Shown here piece by piece: positions 13,913 to 25,444 of a stretch of 64,000 nt of DNA. The position numbers were made by a program, and so were the translations under genes. Where the stretch lies: positions 186,001 to 250,000 of the forward strand of contig CAJFCJ010000003.1 in the NCBI GenBank assembly GCA_904063045.1, written 5' to 3'. The DNA comes from Dimorphilus gyrociliatus (Eukaryota > Animalia > Annelida). The stretch's first letter is position 1. The number at the start of each line of letters is the position of its first letter. The notes under the pieces were generated by a model, which saw nothing but the letters and a program-made list of their open reading frames with translations, was not told the DNA's origin and made no database searches.

Positions 13913-16243
13913 AATGAAAAGGAAACTTTATGTAGATTAGTTGAGAAGGTACTATATAATTTGTATGTGCATATGATGTAAATGAAAAGTGAGCATATAG
14001 TTGTTTTAAAATCTCTTAGCCTCTTAATAATCGTTAAGGAATTTAACGTAAAAGGATTCGCTAATTTAGGGAACGTTAAAGTCTATATAGACTAATATAA
14101 ATATAGAATGAATATGAAGTATGAATATGACATAATCAGCTCTGTAAGGCTAAAATGAAAGTTAAATAAGGTGTTGATGCCTATCAGAAGAATGGGCTGT
14201 TTTTCCTTTATCTCTTCGTTTACACCTAATTCTATTGAGGAGAGAGAGGAAGCTAATGCTATAGAAAAGCACATATAAACAGGCAATAAGCGTAGAATTT
14301 TTTTTCCTACCGCAAATAGCGACAGTCTTAGCCTGAAACTATTTTTAAATGTCGATCGAAGAACGAATTGGATTTAAAATACGACTTAACCAAGCCATTT
14401 TCGATAAATCTCAGCTGCTTTAATCTACCTTATTTTATTACTTATTATCAAGTGAAATAATTTTAAAATGATTACTATAAATTATTAAATAAATCTATAG
14501 TTGACTAGTTAAGGAAATCAATGAGCAAGTGTATCATTATTGTTGTTAACCTTACTTAGCAATACGTCACCGAGTCACTTAATTGAACAAACATCCGCAT
14601 ACAGACCTGAAATGTAATTTACGTCTTAATTCCCTAACAATCCACGTGTTTTATATTGACCTCGATCCCACTCTTTTTCTCTTTTTCCTTTTTTTTTATC
14701 CTAACAACCGAATGAAAGTGCCTCCTACTCCACCTCCTCTTCCTCCCACTCCTCGTCATAATTATGGTGATGATGAAAAAAAAATATTACCATCTTCCTC
14801 TACAACCCTATGTCTATCTCTCTACGCCTGCCTCTGGGTCTGCGTGTGGGCCTCTCTACGTCGCTCGCCTCCTCCTTCGCTATCTCCCTCGCTCCCTTTC
14901 TTCCTTTCCTAACCTGAAACAATCTACTTGTGGTAGTAAAACTAAACGATTAGGCCTAAGAAAGACAGAGTATAGAGTTTATTTCATGGCATCTTTTTTC
15001 CTGTGTTTTTTTTCACATCTGTAATTTCGATTGCCTTCATTTGTGTTTTTTTTACTTAACATAAAATCTTGAATTTATTATACTCTTTTATTACATTTTT
15101 ACATCCAATAAACACGTTTTCTCTCGGGTGCGTACATCATGACTTCTAGTGATTGTTGGATATAAAAGGATATTGCCCTTAGTCGTCAATTAAAGCACCT
15201 TGTGAACTTTTTTAATCATCATTGTACCGTGCAATGTCTAATACGATGTCCTAGCCAGTTCTGGCAATTTGACTGATGCATCGTCTTAAAAAGGTCGTTG
15301 ATATTTTCAGTCTAATTAGTTAGAAAGTTGATGCTTACAAAATCTTGTTATCTATCCAGTTTTACCTGGAAGGAAGAGAAAAATTTTTTTATAGACGTAA
15401 ACAAAAACGTATAGGAGGAAATAGAAGAAGAAGGAGAAGGAGAAGAAGAGGAAGATGAATATATATACAGTATATATATTCAATAGGCTTACAGTACGCA
15501 GGGATTTTTTTTGTCTGTTTTTTTTTTAATGCATTGTCTAATTATCATTACGAGCTAATTAATATATGATGAAAAATAGGAAGTATCTTAATATTCGATA
15601 GTAGAGTACTTAATAAACTATCTATAACCTATAAAACTGCATACATACGTGTTTCTTTTTATCAGTGTGCTGTTGCATGTTATTCGTATGTGAAGTGTGA
15701 GTTTGAGTGTACATATACCTTATATATATATATATTTATACATAGGTATGTACGTATGTATGAATGAACGTATGTATATATCTAATCATCCTGCCCACCT
15801 CTCTACACGTCCATCTATATATACATAGACACAAACAGCATATTTATGCACTATATATACATTCGACCTTTTTAATATAATTACTCTCATTTAATCAAAA
15901 ATAAGAGAGAGGGGAATAACTTTCTTTCTCCTTTGGTATCTCTACTATAGAATTTATTTAGGTTATTTTTTATTATTATCAATTTTTTCTTCTTTCTTTC
16001 ATTCATTCCTTGTTTTCTTTTTGTTAAGAAAATTTTTAATTTTTAACTTTTTTTTTATAAAAAAAAAAAAAAAAAAAAAAAGTTTTTTAATAGAAAGTCT
16101 ATAAAGAAGAAAATAAGAAAAAAGTTAATTCTAATCTAATAGATAATTGATTAAACCTTTAAGCAAACAAAAACAGGAACTGAATAGTAAAGTCTTCCTG
16201 TTTACTCTATTAATTTTTTTTTCTTTTTTCATATCCCTAACAG

Positions 16244-17617
16244 GTTAGCAACATGTTCATAGTTAGCTTAGCAGTAGCCGACCTAATAGTAGGCCTAATA
16301 GCCATGCCAATTTCGGCCGTCTATATTTTAGCATCGAAATGGATTTTTGGTCTAATCGTTTGCGAAATTTGGTTGACTACCGATTACATTGCGTCTACAG
16401 CGTCTATTCTCAATTTATTCATTCTATCTCTAGACCGTTACTGGAGTGTCACTTCACCTTTGCAATATATAAGAAAACGAACGAAAAAACGTGCACTTAT
16501 TTTAATTAGCTGCGTATGGACTGCGTCAGCCTTGTGGATCGTTCCAATAATTGGATGGCACCATTTTGAGCATGGAGGAGTTAGGACTGTTGCTGCAGAT
16601 GCTTGCGATACGGAATACGCAAAAAATACGACTTTAAAAATTATTACAGGAATTCTTAACTTTTATCTTCCTTTATCAGTGATGTATTCGTTATATGGTA
16701 GAATATTTTCCGAAATACGTAAAAGGTCTGCCCTTGAACTTGGTCAGAGGACGGCTAGTAGGAAGGAAGGACAAGGTAATATTCAGGAGCAAGAGCATCA
16801 GCGTAGGCTCGATAGCGATCCTGATACTTTCGCTGATTCTTATTCTGCTCCGGGGAAAAAATTTCAAATTCGACAGCCGGAGGAGGAAAAGTTAGTCGAT
16901 CAGGACTTTGTTGACGATGATATTAATTGGAGAGTTCAATACTCGTACGACGAGACTGTTATGGACCCAACAACAGAACAAGTTCAACGTTTTTTATACG
17001 AAGAGAGGTGTATGAGGATTGTTCGAACGGCTAGTACTAAAACTCAAACAGTAGAGACCAGCCTAAGCCATTCTTCGTCTACTCAGAGTTTTAAGCAAAA
17101 AAAGGGGCAGACTTCCGCCGGTAAGCAGACTTCTTTAGAAATACCCGCTCAGGGTAGACAACGTAGACTTTCTTCCATAACTCAACTGCTAGCCGATGGC
17201 CAAAACTCTGTGGTAGTACTAAAACGCGGAGCATGTCGCTTAAGGGATAAACTCAAATCCAAAAATCAGAGGAGTATCTCTTTGACTAAGGAAATTAAAG
17301 CTGCCAGGCAATTGGGGGTTATTATGGGAGCTTTTACTTTATGTTTCCTGCCATATTTCGTCTGTTTTATGGTCGTTGCCTTTTGCGACGGCTGCATAAG
17401 TCAGTCGTTAATGAATGCTATGACTTGGATCGGATATTTAAATTCGACCCTAAATCCTTTATTGTATCCTCTTTGTAACGCAAATTTCAGGAGAAAGTTC
17501 AGAAAAATGTTGTGCTTTAGGAAATATCGATCCGACTTGCCGCCGGCTTACGCGAATCGACTGTGTAAACAGAGGACATCAGTACCGACGGCTTTCGATG
17601 CTAGATACGATTTTTAG
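16244..17617 (+). CDS. HRH1: Histamine H1-like class A GPCR, coding exon 2 (TM2-TM7, long ICL3, C-tail)
   Basis: Polypyrimidine tract and cag|GTTAGCAACATG acceptor at 16243/16244. Motifs: LAVAD (TM2), TDYIAST with Asp3.32, SLDRY, TM5 KIITGILNFYLP (vertebrate H1: KVMTAIINFYLP), long ICL3, KAARQLG, CFLPYF, WIGYLNSTLNPLLYP. Spliced product is 556 aa from 8342 or 512 aa from 8474. Confidence 0.92.
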   Translation, partial: VSNMFIVSLAVADLIVGLIAMPISAVYILASKWIFGLIVCEIWLTTDYIASTASILNLFILSLDRYWSVTSPLQYIRKRTKKRALILISCVWTASALWIVPIIGWHHFEHGGVRTVAADACDTEYAKNTTLKIITGILNFYLPLSVMYSLYGRIFSEIRKRSALELGQRTASRKEGQGNIQEQEHQRRLDSDPDTFADSYSAPGKKFQIRQPEEEKLVDQDFVDDDINWRVQYSYDETVMDPTTEQVQRFLYEERCMRIVRTASTKTQTVETSLSHSSSTQSFKQKKGQTSAGKQTSLEIPAQGRQRRLSSITQLLADGQNSVVVLKRGACRLRDKLKSKNQRSISLTKEIKAARQLGVIMGAFTLCFLPYFVCFMVVAFCDGCISQSLMNAMTWIGYLNSTLNPLLYPLCNANFRRKFRKMLCFRKYRSDLPPAYANRLCKQRTSVPTAFDARYDF

Positions 17618-18878
17618 AGATACCCGTTAACCCAGAGTTTCTTTTTTTAGCACCTAGCGACATCTGTTGGTGTTGTGATAGGGCTGATTTTTCTGCAGAC
17701 AGATTTTATTGTTGCACTGTTGGGTTTCAGTACAGCACTTAGGTGTTTTTATTTTATAAATAATAATGATTATAACTTTTAATAACATAACAATAACAAA
17801 AACAATAACAAAAAGATTAGTGATGATTCATAACAAAGGCCTAATTAATAAATCAGCTAAATTTTTATCGTCCTTTTTGAAGAGGAGACGAGCAGAGAAA
17901 GGGAAAAAGATAGGGGAAGAGAGGGAGAGGGGAGTAGGGGGTGGGAAGAAAAGGCGACAGAGAGAGGAAGAGGAAAAGTAGAGAAAAAGCAGGAAGAAAA
18001 CTAAAAAATATGTCTGAGTTAGAGAAAATAAATTGTAATATATGTCAAGAATTCATGGAAATATTGGGGAACATATAAAAGAAGAGAGAAATATCATTAT
18101 TATCCTTTATTTTTTTTTTAAATAGGACAGGAAGAGTTTTTTTAAAAAATAACATAAACTAAGAAACCATGAAGAAAAAAGTTTTAGGAAGAGAAGGAAG
18201 AGAAATTTGAAAAAATACCCCAAAAATATAAAAGTAAAGTGTATGGGAGAGAGGAAGAGAAAGAGCGAGAGAGAGAGAGAGAGAAAGAGAAAGAGAGACA
18301 GACAGGGGGTAAAAAATGATATAAAATATTGTTTATCTGTTCTTTCCGTTGCGCGATCTGATTTAAAAGATGACCTCCAGTTAGCTAGTATTTTAAGGTC
18401 TCAGTAAAAACCTAATGAAATTACGTGACGAGCTTATTCAATTGCCAGGTAGTGCCTACAGAAGAGAATATGAAGTAATCAATGATTACCATCGTGTTCT
18501 AGTATAAAACTGTGTCAGAAGTTTCCTTGTGAAGGGAAAATATAAGGAATTTTGTCCAAAATAAAAGTGTCTTAAATAGATGTAAAATCTAAGTTAATAA
18601 AATTAAAGAAAATCAACAAAAAAAGATAAAAAAGAGAGGAAAAAAATGAAAAGAATCATTGAAAGAAATTGTTCAAATTTTATTTATTATATAATTAAAA
18701 CAATGAGAAAAGAAGAAATAAATAAATAAACAAACAAGCAAACAAATAAACAAAATTACGAAATTTCTTACAAAATTCATTTACAAACTTGATATTTTTT
18801 TTTATATAAAAGTCTCCTCTAATTAGAGAATTTGTTACCTTTTTTACTTATTGTTACTGTTGTTATTAAAAGAGAGAA

Positions 18879-18917
<39 letters not shown>

Positions 18918-20498
18918 TTGCCAGAAATATTTTCTATATAAATAATACATACGCGTACCGATAAGATAATGGTATTAAAAGAAAAGAAAAGAAAAAACAA
19001 TTTTCTCACTACGTAATCCTATTAATGAGTATTATTTATTTAACAATAATAAAATAATAAAGTAATAGTAAATGAGAAAATGGCAAAAATGCAAAATTAG
19101 CATCTATTCCATGGAATTATTAGTTTTAGATTTTAAAGGAGAAAGGTGACTGTATTAGAATTTCGTGTTTCTATTTTAACACTCCCCCCTCCCTCCCCAC
19201 TACTACCCGCCTCGCACCAATTGACTTTGACAATTACACCTTTTCTTCAAAAATATTTCCCAACTCCTCATTTCCTACTTTCTGAGATTGCTAAACTTTT
19301 TAATTTAATGATAAAGAAATTCACCGAAATCTTATCTTTTTCTTTATTGTCTTTCCTCAATAATTGGTCAGATGATGGAGAAAAAGGAATAGACAGTAAA
19401 AGATATGAAGGATTGAATGTTATAGCAGATATCAAACGAGATAGAAATCCGAATCGTTTTTCGGTAATTCGTAAATTTCTATAAAAAAGCTATAGAGAAA
19501 CTTTATAAAAGACAAAACACAAGAAAATAACAATCCGAAAGATTCGTAATTTTGACTTATAGATGTCAATAAATCTTAAATTTATTATCTTCTTTATCTT
19601 CTTCTATTTCTCCTCTATTACTTTCTTACTCTTTCTTGTAAAATACTTCAAGATACCTCCAACTCTTCCTTTCCTTCTTCTTCTTCTCTCTCTTTCTTTT
19701 TGCGGTTTTGTTATCGTGAGAACTAATTAATAGGTGACGACACAAATTCGTGAGAAATTAAATTAACAACTTGAGCGCCTTCTATAGTCTTCCTATTATT
19801 TTTCTGTTACGACAACAGTTGACACGTAATTGAAAAGAAGGAAAAGAGATGGAAAAAATTGCGAACCAGGCGAGAAGATAAGGATGAAGATTTATTCAAT
19901 CCACGTATAATATATGCAAAATCAATAAATGGTATTTAATATCGTTAGCACTCAAATTAATAATTAAGAATTTGAACAACCGATTAAAGAAACACCAATG
20001 CGATAGAGAAGATAAGGGAACTGGAAAGATAAGAGATAAGAATACAAAAACTGATGACTGTGTAATATAAACAAGTTGTTTTGTTAGATAAAAATAATAA
20101 AAATTCAATAGATTTGTATTCTATTAAAGAAGTAAAAAATACATGAAACGACTGCATACAAGCTGATAAAAAAATATAATAAGAGTATGATTTCTAACAG
20201 CTTATTATAGGCGCTCTGCAAATCTTGCAGTGGAGAGAAAGTCGTGTATAATATTTAGTTTTCAAGTAGGAATTAATAAAGATTTATTTACTTTTTATAG
20301 GCCAAAATAGCAGAGAAGGGGAACAACGAAAAGATGCTTTAAAGCGAACCAAAAGAAATTAATGTCTCTACTACTATGATTACTATTTTCATTGCTTTTA
20401 ATTTGCACAATAACATCTACTACTACAATTATTACTATTATTACTAGTTTACTTTTACTATTGCTTTGTAGCTCTTATTATTCTCTATGACATTTCTT

Positions 20499-20499
<1 letters not shown>

Positions 20500-20531
<32 letters not shown>

Positions 20532-20537
20532 ATCTAT
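20500..20537. repeat. (CTAT)n tetranucleotide repeat
   Basis: tctatctatctatc... directly visible. Confidence 0.9.
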
Positions 20538-22221
20538 CTTACTCGCTCGCTGGCTCTCTGGCTTTCTTGTCTACCTCTCCACTCCTTCCCTCCCTCCCTC
20601 CCTCCCTCCCCTCTTCTTTCCCTTTAATCAATTTCTTGCTAGCTATGTAAGAATTGTTAGATATAGTGAATAATTGGTAACTCTATATAGACTACTTCCA
20701 ACTTAAGCTAGGATCTTCGTTATAAGTAGAATTCCCCGGTGTAGACTTACAGTTTTTGCAGCTGAAATAACAAAAATCCTTTTTCATCTTTCAACTCTTT
20801 TCTTTTTTTTTTTGAAAAAAAAAAATAAACTTTTTTTGCTATTACTTTAATTAATAATAAGAAAAAGTTGAAAACTTTGTAAAAAAAGATAGACAGAAAG
20901 TTTAAAGCAACAACAAAAAAATCCCATAAACAATGGTAAAAAGATGACTTTTCACTCTTCTCTTCTTTCTCCTCCTCCTTCTCCTCGTCTTCCTGCTCTT
21001 CCTCCATTTTTTTCTTCTTCATCTCCTTCATCTTTTATCGATTGGTTAATTCTCTTGAATTCATTTATAATAATAAAACCAATTTAAGGAATCCTTATGT
21101 AATTATCTTTTATCTTATCTATCAAAAAGAAGAAAATATGTAATTAGTTTTATTAATGGTTTTTTTTTTATACGGATATGATGTCGTTTGAAGTGCTTTT
21201 AGGGACCATTACACAAGAATCTGTAATTAAAGATTACTATTTTAGCCATGGAGGAAAGAAAAAGTAAAATAGTTTTTTTTTAATAAAAAAAAAGTTGAAT
21301 AATTAAATCTCTCTTACTAAATGATTCCTTAAGAACGTTAAGCTCCAATGAATCCATTTAAGACAATTCAATATATAGAAAGGTTAAAATCTACTTTGAT
21401 AAATTTATTTCTTTTTTATCTTGGAATGTCGACTTTTTTTGAAATTTTAACGAATTTATTCTTCTTAAAAACCTCTCTATGCTAACTAATAATCCTTATA
21501 GGTTTTAGCCAGGAGGAATATCTCAATAAAAACGGACAAACTTATAAGGAAAAATATAAATAAATTGTACAGAAGAGCCTGTCGCAAGAGGAGATAATCA
21601 AAAATAATTCTTTATGAAGTAGTTCTTTCTAATGATGTAATTTAATATATTATGTAATGGTTTCTTCCTAACAAAACATTCTCATTCTCGCCTTATAAGA
21701 AATTCCCTTTTCCTCCTTCACGGGGATACCATAATCCATAATTCTAGCTCTGCGAACAGAAAGAGCACGAAATGATAAATGAATAAACTTTTTCGTCAAA
21801 GATATTCCCAGATTCAATCTTCTATTCTATTCACCGATAAAAGTTCCAGAGAAAATGGCTATAAATGATACAGTTTCTCTTATTCTCGACATGAAGGCCT
21901 ATTAATAATTCTTTTTACAGAATGATATTAGTACATTGAAGTAAATTAAGCAGGAGGAAAAAAGAGAAGAAGATCAGATACAAATAGCTTTTTCCCTTAT
22001 CGATGTTTCAAGAAAAACAAAAGTTGCCAATTATTTTCGTATTTGAAAGGGAAAAAAACTGAATAAAAAGTGGCTTATGAATTTTTGAAGAAGAAGAAGA
22101 AGAAGAGAGAGAGAGAGAGAGAAGAGTGAAATAGCAAAGGTTTACATACAATATATACTGTATATTTTATTCTCATTTGCTGTACAACGCAATGAAACTT
22201 TTGCAAGCAATATTAAATACA

Positions 22222-22235
22222 TTTATTGATTTATT
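22222..22235 (-). promoter_or_regulatory. Tandem AATAAA polyadenylation signals of the PAN/EAR gene
   Basis: tttatt at 22222-22227 and 22230-22235 on +, 45-58 nt past the stop codon. Confidence 0.5.
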
Positions 22236-22279
22236 GTTCATTTTGTCGGATTAGGGTTTTTAAGCCATTTACAGACATT

Positions 22280-24135
22280 TTAATTAATAATACATTCTAC
22301 GTTTACGATGTGAATATATTGAGAATTTGGCAGAAAAATGTAATGTTCGCCATTCAATTGGAACGAAGAACCACTGTCAGATTCTGATTGAGAGAATACA
22401 CTATTCGTCGATAGTTGAACATCGTCGTCGGCCGTTATATAGAAGACATCTTTTATGCCTCCTTTATCTTGGTTCATAATAAAGAACGTTGTTTCTGGTA
22501 GTTCTATGGCTATACTCCATCTATGTATAGCAAAGGCAGAATGCCCCAAGTCAAGATGATTTTTGAAATTGAACATTGTACCATTCCACTTGTACAGATA
22601 AACACCAGTGTAAATATTAATGGAAACGAGATAATAGCTATCTTTCACCTTGGTAATTGTTGCTTTAAGGTCTGTTGCCCGATAGATCGTTTGAACTAAG
22701 CTCTCTATTGGGAATTAAAAAAGAAAAAGTATTGATTTAATTCGTTCAGACGATTAATATGAGATTTTAACAAGATTGTTTTTTTTTGTGTTTTTGTTTT
22801 CTTCATCTCTTAACCTGAATAGTCTGGTAATAATTTAGTGATTTCCGTTCCGTCTGATATACCATTTTGATAATTCATATTCTTCGATATGAATATCTCG
22901 TCGTCAATGTGATGCAAGACAAAATCTCTTGCCCTTTTCGATCCATCGTCGTTGTATTCATTTATTTTCGACCAAAGGCTAGTGTCGTTCATTAATTTGT
23001 ATATTTTATAATTACCACCTTTAAGTATATTTTGAAGTTATAATTAGTTAATTAACTGTAATGACGTTCAGTTGAAATGGTATTGAATACCAACCGTAAT
23101 ATCTACGGTAAACAATTAGTATCAAGTCGTATTTATGCTCTGTTAAAGCCATTATATATGATCCAGAATTTGGCATTGTTTGAATGGAGGTAACTCCTTT
23201 AGGATGGAAAAAACGAATGAAATGAAAATAAATAAAGAGAGAGAGAGAGAGAAAGCAGAAGAACAACAACAACCTGATTTAGTAAAGTTATACACTCTTA
23301 CACCACCCGAATACGTTATTATTAAGTATGCGTGATTATCTTTTTCGTAGAAGAGCGGCGTTCCTCTAAAAGTAGTTCGACAAGCGTCAGCTATTTCTAA
23401 AAACTCTTTCCACTGTTTAATATAAGCATTCCATATAAAGATCTTGGCGCAACTAAAAAAGTAAAGTATAAGAAAAGAATTATTAATAAAATATCTTTTA
23501 TCGTTATGTAAATTAAATGGAAATATATCTATTTACCCAGTTTTTGAGTGACAAACGATAAAATTGTTGGATTTATACGAAAACTTTTCACAATCGAGCG
23601 CCTTATCCATGACTATCTTTTGACAAACTCTAGTTTTTTTACCTGATTAGCGGAGGAGGGGAGGAGAGTGTAGGAATAGAGAAAAGAGAAACCTTTATGA
23701 AATTGATAATAATAACAACTCTTATTTAATATCTACTTGGACATAGTACGTAGCAATCTGATTGATCTTCCTGAACGTAACCTTTAATCTATTTATAAGG
23801 ATAAAAAAGAAAGAAAGAAATATTCAAGCTGCTTGAAAAAGAATGGTTGTTTTAAAATTGTTCTATACAAATCCAAAGTATCCGGATTCGTTCTGGTCGA
23901 ACGCTCCATTAAAAGAATTATCATATAAATAGCATAATTCTAATCTATAATAGTAGCCCAGGCATCCAGGAGTTTCAGAGCAAATCTCGGCGCACGAAAT
24001 CCTACTTTTGGAAGGAAACTGCTTAAAGGCGGGGGACATAGGTAGACCTTGCTTCTCTAATGAGAATAATGTTGTATTAAAAGATCCATTAATTAGATTG
24101 ATTCCGCTAAAGAGGATAAAGTATAAAAGTATCAT
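22280..24135 (-). CDS. Secreted PAN/apple-domain protein with EAR/EPTP-like beta-propeller repeats, 7 exons, 444 aa
   Basis: Exons 24135-23869, 23788-23737, 23642-23537, 23452-23274, 23196-23095, 23018-22815 and 22704-22280 total 1335 nt (445 codons). All introns are GT-AG, 76-110 nt, and phase-consistent. Signal peptide MILLYFILFSGINLING; PAN-like Cys pattern SCAEICSETPGCLGYYYRLELCYLY; repeats such as KIFIWNAYIKQWKEFLEI and VYLYKWNGTMFNFKNHL. The exon-5 donor is the least certain boundary. Confidence 0.8.
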
Positions 24136-25396
24136 CCTTGGCTGGGCTGAGATCGTTTATTAAATGATATTAGCATACTAAATAAAAGGGAAAATATATT
24201 CAGGCCTAACCGTGATTTTTCCAGTCACCAGTTTACATGGTACAAGTAATTTTTAGTCTTTTCCCATTAATTAACCTCTTCTAAATGCCATTGAAAAACA
24301 ATAGAATATCCTTTTTCAGTAGCTAATAGTTTTATTTAACCAGATGACAATGACAAAGTAACAGTTAACCTATTCAATCATTCAATTGGTTGAAAATCTA
24401 CGCAAGTCTTCAATTACGTTGCCTAGAAATTATATATTATCACATTTCTTAAACAAAGAGATAATTCAAGCTCTCTTTGTAAGTTTGAACGCTCTTCAAA
24501 CATTTCCATTTTTTTCTTGGATATTTATTCAAACGAATTCAATCATTTTACAGGAAACTATCTGAAACAAATCGACTAACTGAATAGTATAAATCAGCTT
24601 TTTTTCCCCCCTTCCTCCTTCTTTTTGTTCTAATTAAGTAATAGTCATCATCTAAATTATATTGATTTTGCGAGGAAAAATATGATGCCCAATTCAATAC
24701 TCTCTATTCTTTAACTATCACCTCTTAATTCATTTTCCGCTTCCTTTCCACTTTGCCGAAAGATGATGAAAAGGGCGAAAGAGTAGTAGAGTTATGTTCA
24801 TTTTATATTCTAAGAGTAACGTCAAATTAGGTTCAGCTTCTGGCTTTGAGTTAAACGGCAGTAATCTAATTCAGAGTTAATCAAGTATCTTCTCAAACGT
24901 GAGCTGCTATACAATAATTAATTTGGGTACTCTTCAATTAAACTAAGCAGAATTTTTAACGCTTTCTTGATATTAGCTATTTTAAATCTTCTACATAAAA
25001 TCAACAACACCAAGACTACACAACAAACATATACTGTATATCTATACAGTATACAGCATAATATGGAAATTACACCATTCTATTCTAATTTGCATAAAGC
25101 ATTGTTTGCGGACGTTTTTATGTTGATAATTTTTCTCTCTCGATTTATTACCTTTCTATTACTAATTAATGATTAATGAACAGTAAATAGGATCGATTAA
25201 TTAATTAATTATGTAATTAGTTAGCTAGCTAGTTAGGGCAGTTTTTGTTCTGCTATATAATTTTTATCATATGTATTGAAATACGGGGTAGAGAGGGTTA
25301 GGGGGGAGGAAATGGGTGATTAAAATCTCTTTTATTTGCTTTCTTTTGAATTGTTGATATTACATAAATATCTCCATCACCTTACATTATATTTAA

Positions 25397-25402
25397 TTTA
25401 TT
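25397..25402 (-). promoter_or_regulatory. AATAAA polyadenylation signal of the esterase-like gene
   Basis: tttatt on + about 45 nt past the stop at 25445. The AT-rich background makes chance matches common. Confidence 0.4.
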
Positions 25403-25444
25403 TTAAAATGTCAAAAGAATTGAATGTTTTGTTAAGAATCCTTC

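Larger units (their letters stand above)
8639..16243 (+). other. 7605-nt phase-0 intron of the H1-like receptor
   Basis: GTCAGT donor and T-rich ...ccctaacag acceptor. Splicing restores the canonical ICL1 sequence RLQTVSN. Confidence 0.88.

Noticed and set aside
21640-21760. Minus-strand acceptor ttctgttcgcag followed by ARIMDYGIPVKEEKGISYKARMRMFC*
   Set aside because: It lies past the stop and poly(A) signals of the PAN/EAR gene, and has no donor partner or homology.
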